Shown piece after piece: positions 36,892 through 51,171 of a DNA stretch of 64,000 nt; position 1 is the first letter of the stretch; each line of letters opens with the position of its first letter. The stretch spans positions 108,750,001-108,814,000 of the forward strand of contig CM052817.1 in the NCBI GenBank assembly GCA_028534125.1, given 5' to 3'. Made by a program: the position numbers and the translations under genes. The notes beneath the pieces were generated by a model that saw nothing but the letters and a program-made list of their open reading frames with translations, did not search any database and was not told the DNA's origin. The stretch comes from Lama glama. Its lineage: Eukaryota.

Positions 36892-39800
36892 AAAACTTGG
36901 TTAATACCCAGCACTCTGAAAAAAATAGATTTTAAAATTCTTGGTCAGCATTTTGATTGTTTTTATTGAGAATCAGATTCTCATTCTTTGAGTTTTGGTT
37001 TTCCTATGAGTAGTTCTGTTCTAATTTGCTTCTCAGTATCTTGTGATGGTGGCTTTTTGAGCTCTGCTGTTCAGGGCTTTAAGCTGAAATCAGTAGAAAA
37101 GATACAGTGGCATATGCCCACTCCATCGTAGCTGCAGTTGGAACCTCTTTGTCATGTGCTTTATTCAAGTTGAAGCAGGAACACTCTACTGTATGAAAGA
37201 TTTACTCCATTCATCAATAACTCATAAACAACAGCAAAACAACAGCAGCAAAAAAAAACTTTCACGTTTTCTTGATTTTTCAAAGCCCAAAGCAACCAAG
37301 ATTATTACAAGTATGCTTATGCATTAAATGTAATTATATTGATGGAGCATTTTCCCTTATAATGCTGCATATTTTATAGCACCTATTCTTTCAAAATTAA
37401 TATCAAAATATTTTAGTTTAGATAAATGTTTTCATGCAGTTATTAACAAAAATGTGGATTCATATATGTATGTGTAGCAAAATAACAATTTGGAAGACTA
37501 TAGTAAGTACCTCCAGTAGACATTATTATAAGGGCACATTTACCCCTCCACGTTGGGTTGTTATTAAGTAAAAAGGGCTTTAAAAAAAGAGTTGTTAAAT
37601 GGATTAAAATCAAAGGATGAACATTCACAAGCTTTATTCATTTTCCGAGTTTTGAGAGAGTTTTCTAAAAATACACGTGGTGCATTTACCACATCGTGTA
37701 GAGCCAGAGTGGAGCTCCAGATCTCGGTTCAGACGCGGTATCAGGAGCCTGACTGCAACCACGTATATTAATACACTAGGAAGCCTGTGTGTTTCAGGTG
37801 GGGGCTTAGGAATCACAGTTTGAGAGCCATTGATTTAGGTGCTCGAGTACTTCCAAGGTATTTAGCAAGGATGGCAAGAAAAATAATGCACAAAGATGTA
37901 TATGTTGTTTAATATGACTATTAAAATTCACTTGTGATCAGTAACATCTGCATTCATAATCTAAGGAATAGTAATTAATTAAACAGAACACTATTCCTGG
38001 GGAATCTATCTTAGCCAAAATTTCACATCATTTTTCACTTGTTCTTTGTGATAGCTATTTGGATCGAAAGAGCAGTTTCCTATTCAAAGATTCTAGAATC
38101 TGAGGTACAGAAAGCATAAAAGTAGACTGCAGCGTTGGGGAGGCTACCAGAGAACATCATTTTATAATTCCACCCAACAGATGAACACATTTCTCCAAAG
38201 TTTGCAAATTCAGCATAATTTCTCTATTATATTGAACTTAACTCAAATACTCAATGATCAAGAGAGTAACAGATTACTATTAATAATATTCTGCAAATAT
38301 GATTTTTACCCATAAGGAAAATTGCTCATTGCAGGAGAAAGAGGAGGGGCGGGGTGTATGGGGGTGGTGTACTTTTGCACACTTTATTTCTGTCATTTCG
38401 TGCTGTATAATCTCTCTTCAACCAGACAAACATGCACTAGGATCAGATAATTTTGATTATTATTTAATTTAAAATACTCTAAATGGGGAAATTAAGAATT
38501 CTTTGTTTTACAAAAGAAGTGGAATTTATACCATGGAGCAAGTTCAGAATTATAATATGCCTAATTTTATAACACAGAATTAAAACTATAATCAGGAATC
38601 ATCCACTAAGTTTAAGAAAACTTAAAATATACTGCAGGCTAAAGTATTTTGGCCTGAATTATCAAAAAAATTATATCTGTTCTTTATCGCACTGTTTTTT
38701 GAGACACAAACTTAATCTTACATTTGTAACCATGGTGAAATCTTCAAAAGTATTTCTCAGAATGCTTCTTTTGGTTTTCTTTATTATGTCTTTTGGTTCC
38801 ATTTTAGAGCCTGGGTGCTTTAATTGTCATCTCTTAGCAGTCAAGGGACTAACTTAAATGAATTTTAGGTGAAAGAACTGATGGGCTTTCCATGCTCTTG
38901 GATAGACATCAAAGGAAGAGAGCTCTGTTTTATTCCCTGTGATTTTCTTAGGCTTTGAGAGCCAGGAAGTATCATCAGAGAACAAACATCCAGCTCAAGA
39001 TGAAAAAGAAAAACAACAGTGTTTCAGTCCCATAAAACGGTCTCCAAGTTATCCTGGAAGGAGAAGGCAGATTTTGAAAGGGGTATTAAAAGAGCTCCAC
39101 ACACAAAAACAACTCTAGATGACACAACACACTTTCTTTTTGCAGAAGTGTTTGAGGTGCTAAGAACACAAGGTTTGCCGACAAATCTGGCAAAAATCAC
39201 ACGATTTTCTGTTGTCAGTCACATAATTGCGCCCAGGAGAAACAGGTCCTCAAGGAACTCCCGAGCTGGGAGCTGAGGGAAGACAAGCACAGTTTGCTCT
39301 AGTCTTAGGGACTGGTTCCACCCGGAAGCATCCTCTTTGCTCACCCACAGGGAGTAGACTGAGGGCCCATCAGTTTCACCTAATCCGACACCTCCTCCCT
39401 GCAGTCTCCCTGCTGCTACCAATAGTCAATTGTGGTTGTTTTAACAATTCAAGGACATTCACCTTTCCAAGGATTCGGGTAGGGTGATTGAAGATAGTTA
39501 CCGACTATTCCCCAAATGCATCCTGCCCGCTCCTGTCCGACTCACACCAAATACACTACAGACAATAACAGAACAAGGTACAAAGCTCTTAAGAGAAGGT
39601 CTGGTAGATTGAAACATACCCTTACTGAGTTAGAGATGTGAAGACATGAACTGTGTTTACTGACAGTCACTCCCAGGGGCCAGGCTCATCCGTGCTGCTT
39701 CACGGTTTTCATTTTAAATACAGATGCTGTTGAATTGATTCCTTCTCAGATGAAAGCCTGTCTTAGAATGAGTCCAGTTTCTGGCCTTATGCAAGGAATC

Positions 39801-40507
39801 ATTGTATCAGTTAGAGACACTTTGCCACGGTCCTATTCACCTGCCAAAGAATCTAATGGCTTACTCAGCAGCGATATTTAAAATGTTCAACAAGTGGCGT
39901 GATGCTGAAATATCACAGTGTGATGCAGCCAATCATAGTGGCCATGGCCATGAACCACCATCAGGGCCACGCTGACTTAGGTCGTCCCAGGTGGTGCTTC
40001 AGCTCTGGTCCTCCTGAAATACCCATGAGTTCCCAGAGCCTCCCTGTTCAGGAGTCAGCCCTGACTTTCTGCTTCTGCACAATTGCTCTTTTCTGTACTC
40101 CCTTGTTGCTTTTCATTTCTTTCTACCAAAGCTGTATTAGTTAAATAACCAAAGCGGAAAATGTGTTTATCCCGTAGCTATCAATTTAAAGAGCCTATGT
40201 ATCTCTACACCCTTGAGATTCAGGAACCAAGGCAGGCAGTGATGTGACAGAAATCAGAGCCGCTGGTTAATAGACGCTCCCGCAAACCTGCAGCCATGAG
40301 GGGTTCTGAGCAGCCCCGTGTCTGCGCTGCTTTCTGGGGATTCAGTGTCCTGGCTGGACCCCTTCATGTGCTACACCTCAGTTGCCTTTTAGTTCCTAAA
40401 CCTATGGGGAGTAAACCTTTGCTCTCTATAGAGGACCAGGATGGTGAATTTTCCACATTTTAAAAAAAAATGATACTTGGAAAAACAAAACAGAACAAAC
40501 AAAGACA

Positions 40508-40640
40508 TGTAATTTAACCTTTTTGTGTGTCAGTTTCTTCACCTGCAAAATGGATATAATAATCTACCATCTTAATGGCTGAGAACTGAATGACTTAATG
40601 CATTCAAAACAATGCCTGGCACTTAATAACAGTAGGTGTT
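40508..40640 (+). mobile_element. MIR SINE relic
   Basis: TCAGTTTCTTCACCTGCAAAATGGATATAATAAT...AATGCCTGGCAC. Confidence 0.75.
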
Positions 40641-43600
40641 ACTCTTATTATTTAACCTGATCACATTGTAATGACTCATTGACACAAATACCATCATTGC
40701 TGTCACCATCACTGATGCTCCCACACACGTAACTTCCACAGGGGATCTCTGTAAAACAGTCTGCCGGAGTTTAAGATCATGGTACTGGAGCTCACACTAT
40801 CACACCAGAAACAATTTCTTTAAAATTTAACATTACACTGTCCTGCTGTTAAAAGTCCTCTGACCATTTTCACATCGCTCTGTCATCTTGCCAAGTGGCT
40901 AGGTCCCCTCTCCTTTCCAGGAACCCTTGCACATTTATTAAAATTTTTGAACTGTATTCCTCTTAGACTTCTCATTTCTCACCTCATGAATATTCTAATT
41001 ATTTTGCTAAAAATAAATCCACACATACATACATACATAAAGTCAGCTTCTTCCCAAGGTGAACTGTCTGCCCTGCTGCACGGTATTAGCTTTCCTCATC
41101 ACAGAATGAGACGATTTACCTGGCGATATTGGCGGATTGCTCTGGGACTACTCCAGTCCTGAAAATAGGTTACTTTCAGTGGGAAACGGTATAACACGAG
41201 GGGTGTTGTTTTGTCAATTTTCCATGGTAATTGGTCATTTATTCTTACTTTTTTTCCATAAAACTCGTAGTAAACTTTTTAAATCTGTTTGTATCCACAA
41301 ATTTCCCAGCCATGAAAATACTTATATTTAAATATTTAAAATAATTTCATGATGATTAACAGATGGAAAATTTGAAACATGCAAGTTTGGGAACAACAAA
41401 AATCACAAATATTTAGTAATAACCATGGCATTTAGATACTTTGCGATAGGACAGCATTTACTAATTGCTTACCCGTGTATGATGCTAAGCTAAGAGAAAC
41501 TTAAAAACTAGCTAACTAATGTGGTCAGGGCCCGAACAGTCTGTGACTGGTTGACTCTCTTGCTCTGTGTGTGGTGCTAATGAGGTCCAGATCAAGGTGT
41601 GTTCTCTGTGGGCTGGTTAGGTTGACTCCTGGCCGTTGCTGTGTATTTGACTTCTAACTCCATGCTTAGCTCTAACACATGTGCCACAGGTCCTCAGGAG
41701 ACACAAGACACAGAGTACATGCACACTTGCAAACTCATCAGCTCAACTGGACAAACAAGACATGCGTTCTTCTAGCGGGAAGTCAATCATCCTCATATGA
41801 CAATAACACACCCACTTCTAACAGTATGGTCATTGTTGAAAGTGAACAAAACCAGTATTCGGACATGCTTGGCAGGGCATACACAGTGACTTCGCAGGTG
41901 CTACATCACTTTCTATAGGCATTCAAAGACACAAACTCTGCACATCGACCTCACGTGGATGCAGAACGTGGAAAAGTAGAAGATAATTGGAAAACTCCTA
42001 TACAAAAAAGGAATTTTCTTATTAGAAATAAAGTAAAAGGAGAGGACAGCTTACTCATATTACTGTGAACATCAAATGTTTTATGGGGAAAAAAAGAATG
42101 TATATAGATTGTTAGTAAAGTAAAAAAAAAATCACCAGTAATGACCACAGAGACAATTGATCAGTATTTTGCTTAAATGTTGGTTAGGACATCCACCTCA
42201 CTACTCAAAGAGTTTTTGCAAAGAGTTTGGTGATATTTCAGTTTTTAACTTTTCTTTCTCGCATTTTCATCGCAGTGTCAAAATTGAGCCTTCCTTAAGG
42301 CAAAGCATTCTACAAATACTGGTTTTGTTCATTTTTAGCAGTAAATCAATAATGAATATATGAATTTGAGCAGAAGAAATATTTCAAAGGTTGAGACTTG
42401 GTTCTCTTGAAATTCCTACCTCTGTCAAGAGATGATTTGTCCAATATGCCTGGGCCATTCTCAAAAATATAAATTTTTATATTCTTGCTTATTTTGCCTG
42501 AACAGATTATATGTGTCTTTAAGAATAGTATTGTATAGATTCATGTTATTGCTTAAAATTTTATTTTGGACATTATGAATTCTATAACTAATAGGCAGCT
42601 GAAAACTAAGGTATCTAGCCAAATGGCTCAGGTTAAAATAAAATATAGTTTTGAGACCAAAATCATTCCCAGAGTTTTGAGACATTGAGCTAGATACATA
42701 TTTTTTTTTAATTTTCTGAAGCCTGAAAAAAATGGCTCATTTCCAATCAAGCTTTAATTCCTGTCCTGGGTACGTTTTGGTAACCAATGGGAAGACATAA
42801 ATTTTTTTGATTAATTAGGAATGACTTATGAAATCTATCTCTACATACAGTTTTGCCCAAGAGAAATTCATCTTTAACCGATTTCTTAAGCTTGACTAAG
42901 GAGGCAGTATTCAACTCACTGGAAAGGGACTCAAAACTGCTTCACAGGAACTAGGCTGTTTTTAATGATTTCTTTCTAAATGTAACTTTCATCAAAAAAT
43001 GAATATCTTACTCCAAAACAATAACGTAATTCAAAAAGGAAATGCAGTGGCAATATAATTTAGTGATAACAAGAACGTGGATCTTCTACAAAATAAATGC
43101 AGGAGATACACAGGGTCCAGGTTTCTGAGCATCGCTGTTCTCTACACGTTTATGGTTCTTTTCATCATCGGGGTGTTGCTGGTGGACTGTAGAGTGTTTT
43201 CTGTAGTGCAAACATCTGTGGGCACAATTCTGGATATAAGATGTCAAAAAAAAAAGAAAAGGTGAAGTTATGAAATGTAAGGGGTTAATTCAACTAGTTC
43301 TGTGATTTTAACTTTCACTTTAAAGGCACAGTAGGTTACAGTCATGGGAAAAAGAATTACTCCAAGCCCTGGCGCCTGGACTTTTAGGCACTGCAAAGTG
43401 GGCAGGGTCAAGTTTAATACGAGAAGGCAAATATTTAACTTTCGAAATCAAGGCATTTTGACAGTTTTGAGATTACAGAATATTAATAAAGGGCACTGTG
43501 TCTTTTCCCTCATTCGTGTTGAGACTGTATCATACGGCCTGAGCACATTTCTTGGAAGATTTTTGTTCTCTTTTCTTTCTTGACTTCTTAAAGATACGTT

Positions 43601-43841
43601 CAAAAAGTTAAGGACATTTGGTCTCTTCCATTGTTCATTTTGAGGCTTCACCGTGAGGCTTTACCGTAAGACTTGAGTGTATTTCTTAGAAGATTTTTTT
43701 TCTCTTTTCTTTCCTGCTTTATTTTTCAAAGGCATGTTAAGTCTCTTGCTTTATTTTTTAAAGGTATGTTTAAAAAGTTAGGGCTCTGAACAGAAGAACA
43801 TTTGAGAGAAATAGTGGCTTGGTTAATCATTTCTCTTTCTA

Positions 43842-43958
43842 TTTTGGGGGGGCGGGGCTAACTAGGTTTCCTTATTTAATTTAATGGAGGTACTGGTGAT
43901 CGAACCCATGGCCTCTGCATGCCAAGTACGCACTCTACCTCTGAGCTCCACCCTCCCC
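43842..43958 (-). mobile_element. Camelid tRNA-derived SINE (Vic-1 type)
   Basis: Minus strand GGGGAGGGTGGAGCTCAGAGGTAGAGTGCG...GGGTTCGATCACCAGTACCTCC. Confidence 0.88.
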
Positions 43959-46900
43959 TTCTTCCTTGTATCTTAAAATTGAAACTGTGTGACGATCCCA
44001 AGGAGACTGGGCTGCATTCCGTGCGTCCAACAGATCCGTTCTGGCCGAACAGGCACTTTCACAGTCAGAATCTCAAAGACCAAAACTGCAAGCTAAAGAG
44101 CAATCCGTGTACCCCGCGAGTGGTCCTCAAGGAAGCTGAGGATAAACACGTAACCTGCGAAAACTTTTGTTGATATTTAAGGTCATGGCACTGACTGCAT
44201 GAAACACCCGAGACAAAATGTTGCAGACAAAACATCGGCTCCTACTTCACAGCCTCGTAGCTGCAAGAGCCCCCCGACGGAGGGTGGGGCCCCTGCGTTC
44301 ACAGTGCGTCCCGGAGGGCGCGGGGTTTCACTTACAGTCGGCTGTTCTTCATTCTGCTCGAGTGCTACTCCAGGTTTTTTTTACGCATTTATAAAAAGGG
44401 AAGGAGTGGTGGGCAATGACTTGTCTCCATTAACAAAAGAAGAATTTCAAAAATGTAAAAGATGCCAGTTTTATATTAGTATCATATGATGCTTAAAACG
44501 GAGAAAAACACAATGTCAATTACCGTTTGATATTGAATCCCTGTTACTAAATCAAAGCCTTGAAAGTTTGGTGTGTTGAGTTAGGGATCCAACATTGAAT
44601 ATTACATTTTTATTTACAGTTACAGTAACAATGTTGATTTCCTGGGAGCACAGATCACGACACAAACATTATTCTTGCTGAATCAGGAAAGCATTGAAAT
44701 AGAAGTGGTGGTGCGCAGATAACGTAACTTTGACCAGACAAACTGCAAAAATCTATCAGCCTAAATACAGGCTAGTCAACATCTACAAACATTTCTAAAT
44801 ATACACAGCTATAGCAAATACACTTCAAAAATTATATGATGAAGCTGCTATTAATATAAAAGTGCCCATGTCATGGCAATAAATCTCTCTTTGCTACTTA
44901 TTCAGTTGAATTTTATAAGTGGTTTTGCCTTATACTTACTGAAAACGAAGCTTTCAAAAAGAACAATAGGAAAATGTATTCCTACAGAAAACAAGAAAAG
45001 AGATGAAACAATTAATCCATGAGAAGTTGAACAGTAGACAAGTGTAATTTTGAAAGTCAAAATTTATTAGCTAAACTGTTGGGAAAAAAACCCTAATTAT
45101 ATACATTTCAGAAAGAATGTAAAATGTAAAAATATGTGTAAGAAGAATTAGACAACCAATAGCCATTTATGTAATTAAAATAGGAAAAGAAGGTTGGAAT
45201 ATGTAATTATTAAGTTTGAGTTAATAAATACGAAAGATTTTTAAGTACAAAAAATATACCTAATAATGAAGATCTTTGCCTCATTCTTATTCTGAAATGC
45301 AATGAGTCTAAATTAAATATGCCGTTTCCTGCAGATTTTTGATATGAAGTCTGTTTCTGATAAATACAGTGATAGAGGTCCTGGCAAACATAGTATGAAA
45401 ATGGAAATGAGGAATAAGAACTAAAAAGAAAACAAGCTAGTAAAACAATAAGACTTTGCTCGTTTCTAAATTCTTGAATAATTTACACAAGGTGGCAACT
45501 TCCCTCTGACAAGCAATCATCGTGGACAAAAAAATAGAAATAAGATCCCATTTCTATGACAATAAGAATTACATAACACATAATAAAGAAAATGTTGATG
45601 GAGAAAAATATTAAACTCTGTTAAAGAATAAAAAAGTCAATTCAGAATAAATAAAAAGAAAATAAGCAGTGATTTCCTTAAAAAGGTAAGTGTCTTCTTA
45701 CTGTTTACCTAACCATTTCTTGTTATTTTTTATTCAAACTAAAGATTTGTCCTTAAAATTGCATTCCTTCTTCCATCAGACTTTAATGGATAGGCATAAA
45801 TCTGTTTCAGCGATGGAATTGGACAAAAATTATTAGGTGCAGAGGTTTTGAGATGATGTAGGTATAATTTGCTTTTTTCATTCAACTATGTCTGTAGTTG
45901 TTTGCAGCCACACAGGTTAACATTCACAACAAGAAAGAAGAAATTAACCCTGACATTTTAAAATACCCCTGAAGTGGAATTTATTACTTCTGGGGAACTG
46001 TGGGTTAATCAGGAAGGGTAACAGGTCAGTACTTTTCCATCCACGTGTCATTGTCATACTTGGTCCGTTAGTCGTAGTCCCACTGTGTTGACTCACACTT
46101 ATGCTGCAGTCAAGTAGGATCATTTCTAAATCGGTCCCAAAATTTTTGCAGAAAAACAAACTTGTCCTACCTGGTATTACAGTCTATATTTTTCCCATGT
46201 GATTTACCTTGAATCTATTTCTCCTGAACTTGATCCTGTTTCTCCTTGCTCCTGTCTCTAACATGTATTCATGGAGAAATGTTCGGCCAAGCACTTACGA
46301 CTCGTATGGTCTACCCCTAGAAGTCTGAGGTCGAATAGCTGTTTAAAGATACCCTGATTGTTTACCAGACATACTCAGACAATGAGTATTGTGCAACTGA
46401 TTAACATAAATGATATTTCTGTCAAATGGAACGATCCCAAGATTTTTATCACGAAGCAGTCTGAGTATGAAATTATATAATAGAAGTTTAAATATGATGA
46501 ATGCTTCCTTGTAAACATGGTTTCTAAACTACTTACTTTTCAATTACAGGTCAGTGATGACAGTGAAGTGTATGGTGTTCTTTTGAACGGTGAATACTAA
46601 ATACATATGGAATTTGGGGGTGTTCTGAACAAATACATCGATGAAGCAAGAAACCAGAAGTATTAAAAATAAACACAAGAAAATAAGAAGAGAATCAGTC
46701 ATTCTCTGTTACGTGTTAGTTCCCCAAGTATCTAATGCATCCTATGAAACACAGAAGATGGAGGTCACGTGATCTCATCCAGCATCAAGCTGGTCCTATT
46801 ACTCAGTCATTGATAAATGGCCTCAATTGCCTCTTTATTTCCCCTCCTGAAGTTGGTCCCCATAAAACTTTCACTTGAAATTCTCATCTGTAAATGCACA

Positions 46901-49157
46901 CTTTTTTTCCAGGGCAGCTACAGAAAGAGGATTTTCAAGGATGTCACTGTTCTGATGCCCACGTAGTTTATCACAGGGCAGTGCTACAGGAGTCTGTGGG
47001 GGTGGGGCCAGGGACAGCTGGAGAGGGTAACGGCTGTGCAGGAGGCCCTGGACCAAAGGCCAGCCTCATCCTCCTTCCCGTCCACATCTCTTCTACCAGC
47101 ATCTTATTAGTGAACCACCCGTGAACACAACACGCATGGATTTAATTTAACTTGCTTTGCGTCTCGACCCAGAAGTACTTCACAGAGTGAAATTAGACAC
47201 TCCTGGGGCTATTTTAAAATATGAGGCAAGTAGATTTGTTATTAGATCAACTGGCTCCTAGGAGTAAATAAATCAATTATATTTGAACGTAGGACACTTT
47301 CATCTTTCTGCACACTTCCAGGCTTAGAACATCAAGCATGGATGTGAATTCCAAGGGAAATGCTGCTGTCTGTTCTTTCGAGAGAAGCACAACCTGGTTT
47401 TCCCATTCCTCCTCTGAGCCACTTTGAGCATCCTTTCCAGGGAATGTGCCAACTTGGTGACTGCTGTGAGCCAGGGATTGCTGATTTCAAAGCCAGCTTG
47501 CATCACTGTGAATATTTCATTTCTGTTTTTTACATGCAGATGATGAAAGCTGACTTGTTCTCTTATGATCTAGAAAAGACTTAGTTTGGGGTCAAGAATC
47601 ATTGACAAGTTAACCAAATTTTTTTTTTAATATTGTGTTTTCACTCACTCACTCACTCACTTGGAGAGTTGAGTTCATTACTATTTGTCATTACACGTAC
47701 CTAGCTCTAACTCTAGTCCCCTGGCTGCTCTGGAGACCAGAAGCTGTGTTATAAGGAGCAAGGGACAAGAGCTGTTTGGGAGCTTGAGTTCAGGACAGCC
47801 TGCAGCCTCAGCAAAGAGTTCAAACCAGAAAACCAAGGCAAAAATGCAAAATTCCCAAGAATGGGCAGTTATTATGAAGAAACAAAGACCTTTAAGGAAA
47901 AGTTCTTACATATGTATATGAGCAACATAAATTTGGACCAATTAAAACTTGTCCCAGGATGAGGAGTGAGCCTATTGTTACCTCAGTGCCTGGCAAACCT
48001 GATGCCAACACTGGACTTAGCCAGTCCTGTCCAACCACGGGCCATCATGGAAGCCCTGAGACCCTGGATCACCTAGAGTTTCTAATTGATAGTTTGGAGA
48101 TCAAATCTACAATTCCCTTTACTAAAGGAGTCATTTTATTGTAAATAAGTGAAAGACCACTAAGGCTTGAGGAATGCAACTTTAAAATGGTAGGATAAAG
48201 GAACTATCTAGATAATTTAAACCACCTCCTCTTCTCCCTGTCATAAAATCTCTGATGATGGAAGAAATACACTCATTTGGTTTGAGTTCTACCAGTCAAC
48301 CAAAACAGCCAGTAACTGTACAACTTTTGATGACTATTTTGTTCATTGTGTGTAGACTTTATGCTCACTTTTTAACACAGCAGCTGTCCCCTCACCAAAG
48401 TTCTGCTCTCAGCTTTTCTACTCTTCCTTGTGCTGTCTTCATTGAAGACAGTTCTTTCCCACCAAGCAAACAGCATCTGAATTTCTCTAACTGCAACCTC
48501 TCTTTCAAGATCCAACTACTCCTGTCCAGCCAGCTTCTATCACCTCCTACCTCGAGCTGCCTCGCGACAGCAACTTATAATTCATCTAGTTTTTGACAAG
48601 CTTATTATGTAAAGAAGATACATCTGCACGTTTTTTCATAGTTAGATGGCTTTCTAAAGCAGTGCTCAAACGTGCCTTCTGAGGAAAATGTGTCCTTTCC
48701 TGGGCTCCCTCTACAAGATCACAGTAAGTATACATGGAGCAGCCTGTCAGTTCTGCAGTGTGATTTCAGCTGTCCCTGTAATGGTTCTGTGGTTTGATTG
48801 GTTTCTTTTTTTTAAATGGTAGCTATTATTTAACTGAATAGTGCAGTTGCTTTGGCAACATATAAATAATGGTTAAATATGCAAAAACATGAAGGAAGGA
48901 AGAAAGAAAGGAGGAATGGAGGAAGAAATGCCTGACATTTTGTCTTATCCATTACTTTCAAACTGGCTGGCAGTAGGGAGGAGTCCCAGTGGTAGAAAGA
49001 GCAAACTGAAGTCGAAAGGAAAGGGGAAAGATCTCTTATTTTTGTTGTTCCTTAGAGTTTTTAGAATTAAAGATACATAGCAAGTATTTTTAAAATGATG
49101 ATAGATACATAGATTTGGTCTTTGGTCTACAGGTCATGAGTCACTAGTGACTCATCT

Positions 49158-49328
49158 CTGCCTTTGTACTATTGCCATTTTGGTCCAAGTCAATTCTTCT
49201 TGTGTTGTGTTTAGACACAATGTTGGCTTCCCCCACCAGATACCAACCATACCCCCAAACTGTGACAACCAGCAGTGTTCCCAGTCTTTGCCAAATGTCC
49301 CCTGATGAGCACAGTTGTCCCCAGTTGT
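49158..49328 (-). mobile_element. MER20 hAT element
   Basis: ACTATTGCCATTTTGG...TGTGACAACCA...TTGCCAAATGTCCCCTG...CCCCAGTTG is the reverse complement of the MER20 pattern. Confidence 0.85.
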
Positions 49329-49360
49329 ATGAAGGCAGATGATGGAGAAGGTGGTCACTT

Positions 49361-49552
49361 CAGTTCTGTGCTCAAGCGAGTGATTTGCCATCCTCATTGG
49401 GATCCACCTAAGGTCTTAACAAAAAGTGATGCTTGGGGTCAACCTCCACAGATTTTCATGGAATTGCTCTGTTTTGGAACTTGGGTGTAGAGATCAGGTA
49501 CCTTAAAGTTCTAAGCGAGTGTGACATGTGGCGAGGGTTGAAAACCTTTGCC
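49361..49552. mobile_element. MER5-like hAT MITE
   Basis: GATGCTTGGGGTCAACCTCCACAGATTT...GGCGAGGGTTGAAAACCTTTG. Confidence 0.6.
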
Positions 49553-49897
49553 AGGAAGTTTGGCAAGCTCTAACATGAGACCTCATCAGGCTAGTGAAGA
49601 CACCACGTCTATACCTGAGATCATTGACATTTGGAAGCATTATATTCACAGCACACGTTTCATACTCATCCGTTTATGTGTCGAATTTCTTATGTCAGCA
49701 CAAAATAAATCATGAAATCTGTAAAAGTCTCCAACACAGAAGACATTCAGTATATTTTGCACAGAAGGACATCTTGAATTAAATCTACTGATGCATTAAG
49801 TGTCAAGTGAAGTTGTCTGTATGAAACAAAAAATGACTCTTTCCCGATCTGTAGTAGAAATAAACATTTCTTACAAGGAAACCTAAGATAAGAAGAT

Positions 49898-50068
49898 CAT
49901 AGATTCCTCAGACTTTCCGTGTTTTTAATGATCTTGACAATTTGCAGAGTGCTGGTCATGGGTTTTGCAGAATGTCCTTCCTCAGTTGGGGTCTGTCTGA
50001 AAATTAGATGGACCTCAGGGTTTTCAGGGAGAACCACCAAGATGAAAGGACCCCTTACCACATCCCAC
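49898..50068 (-). mobile_element. L1MC-like 3'UTR fragment
   Basis: TTCCTCAGACTTTCC...TGATCTTGACA...GCTGGTCA...TTTTGCAGAATGTCC...TTGGGGTCTGTCTGA. Confidence 0.7.
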
Positions 50069-50403
50069 CACAGAGAACATGCCTTCAAATTCTTCAGCAA
50101 TTAAAGCAGAGTGAAAATAAATGGTGTGGCCTCATTGAAAATGCTTCCTGTCTGGCTTAATAAAATATCTTAGTATTAAATATTTTAAGAACAGACTTTC
50201 AGAGCATAATACAGAACACCAATTTTAATCCTGATACATAATCCTGGTTTGTAACAAAGCTTTGTCTAATAGAATTCTTCTTCGGAACTTTTTTTTTAAC
50301 ATAAGAAAAAAGACCAAAATTAAATTATATGCATTTGTCTAGAATAATATATGACCAAAATGGCTTAAAGAAATCATTGTAATAAATGGATTAAACATTT
50401 CTC

Positions 50404-50541
50404 AAGGGAAGATATAGTTCAAGTGGTAGAGCACATGCTTAGCGTGCATGAGGTCCTGAGTTCAATCCCTGGTACCTCCTCTAAAAATAAATAAATAAAT
50501 AGGCCTAATTACCTCCCCCAACCAAAAAAAATTTAAAAAAA
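50404..50541 (+). mobile_element. Camelid tRNA-derived SINE (Vic-1 type)
   Basis: GATATAGTTCAAGTGGTAGAGCACATGCTTAGC...GAGGTCCTGAGTTCAATCCC; perfect 15-bp TSD GATTAAACATTTCTC at 50389-50403 and 50542-50556. Confidence 0.95.
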
Positions 50542-50671
50542 GATTAAACATTTCTCTTGTAATATTTATTTCTGTTAATCTGCTTAGTAAAGGAGCTTTG
50601 CAGAAATATCAAAATGCTAAGTAATTAGACTTGGGATGCTCAAATTAAGTATTTAAATTATCTACTATATC

Positions 50672-51171
50672 NNNNNNNNNNNNNNNNNNNNNNNNNNNNN
50701 NNNNNNNNNNNNNNNNNNNNNNNNNNNNNNNNNNNNNNNNNNNNNNNNNNNNNNNNNNNNNNNNNNNNNNNNNNNNNNNNNNNNNNNNNNNNNNNNNNNN
50801 NNNNNNNNNNNNNNNNNNNNNNNNNNNNNNNNNNNNNNNNNNNNNNNNNNNNNNNNNNNNNNNNNNNNNNNNNNNNNNNNNNNNNNNNNNNNNNNNNNNN
50901 NNNNNNNNNNNNNNNNNNNNNNNNNNNNNNNNNNNNNNNNNNNNNNNNNNNNNNNNNNNNNNNNNNNNNNNNNNNNNNNNNNNNNNNNNNNNNNNNNNNN
51001 NNNNNNNNNNNNNNNNNNNNNNNNNNNNNNNNNNNNNNNNNNNNNNNNNNNNNNNNNNNNNNNNNNNNNNNNNNNNNNNNNNNNNNNNNNNNNNNNNNNN
51101 NNNNNNNNNNNNNNNNNNNNNNNNNNNNNNNNNNNNNNNNNNNNNNNNNNNNNNNNNNNNNNNNNNNNNNN
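50672..51171. other. Assembly gap (500 N)
   Basis: Run of N. Confidence 1.

Noticed and set aside
43077..43265. Hydrophobic transmembrane-like stretch FLSIAVLYTFMVLFIIGVLLV
   Set aside because: Non-ATG start, no good splice sites, and T-rich DNA yields such stretches by chance
43641..43679. Three degenerate 13-bp tandem units; similar short repeats at 15776-15820
   Set aside because: Ordinary slippage duplications with no spacers, not a CRISPR-like array
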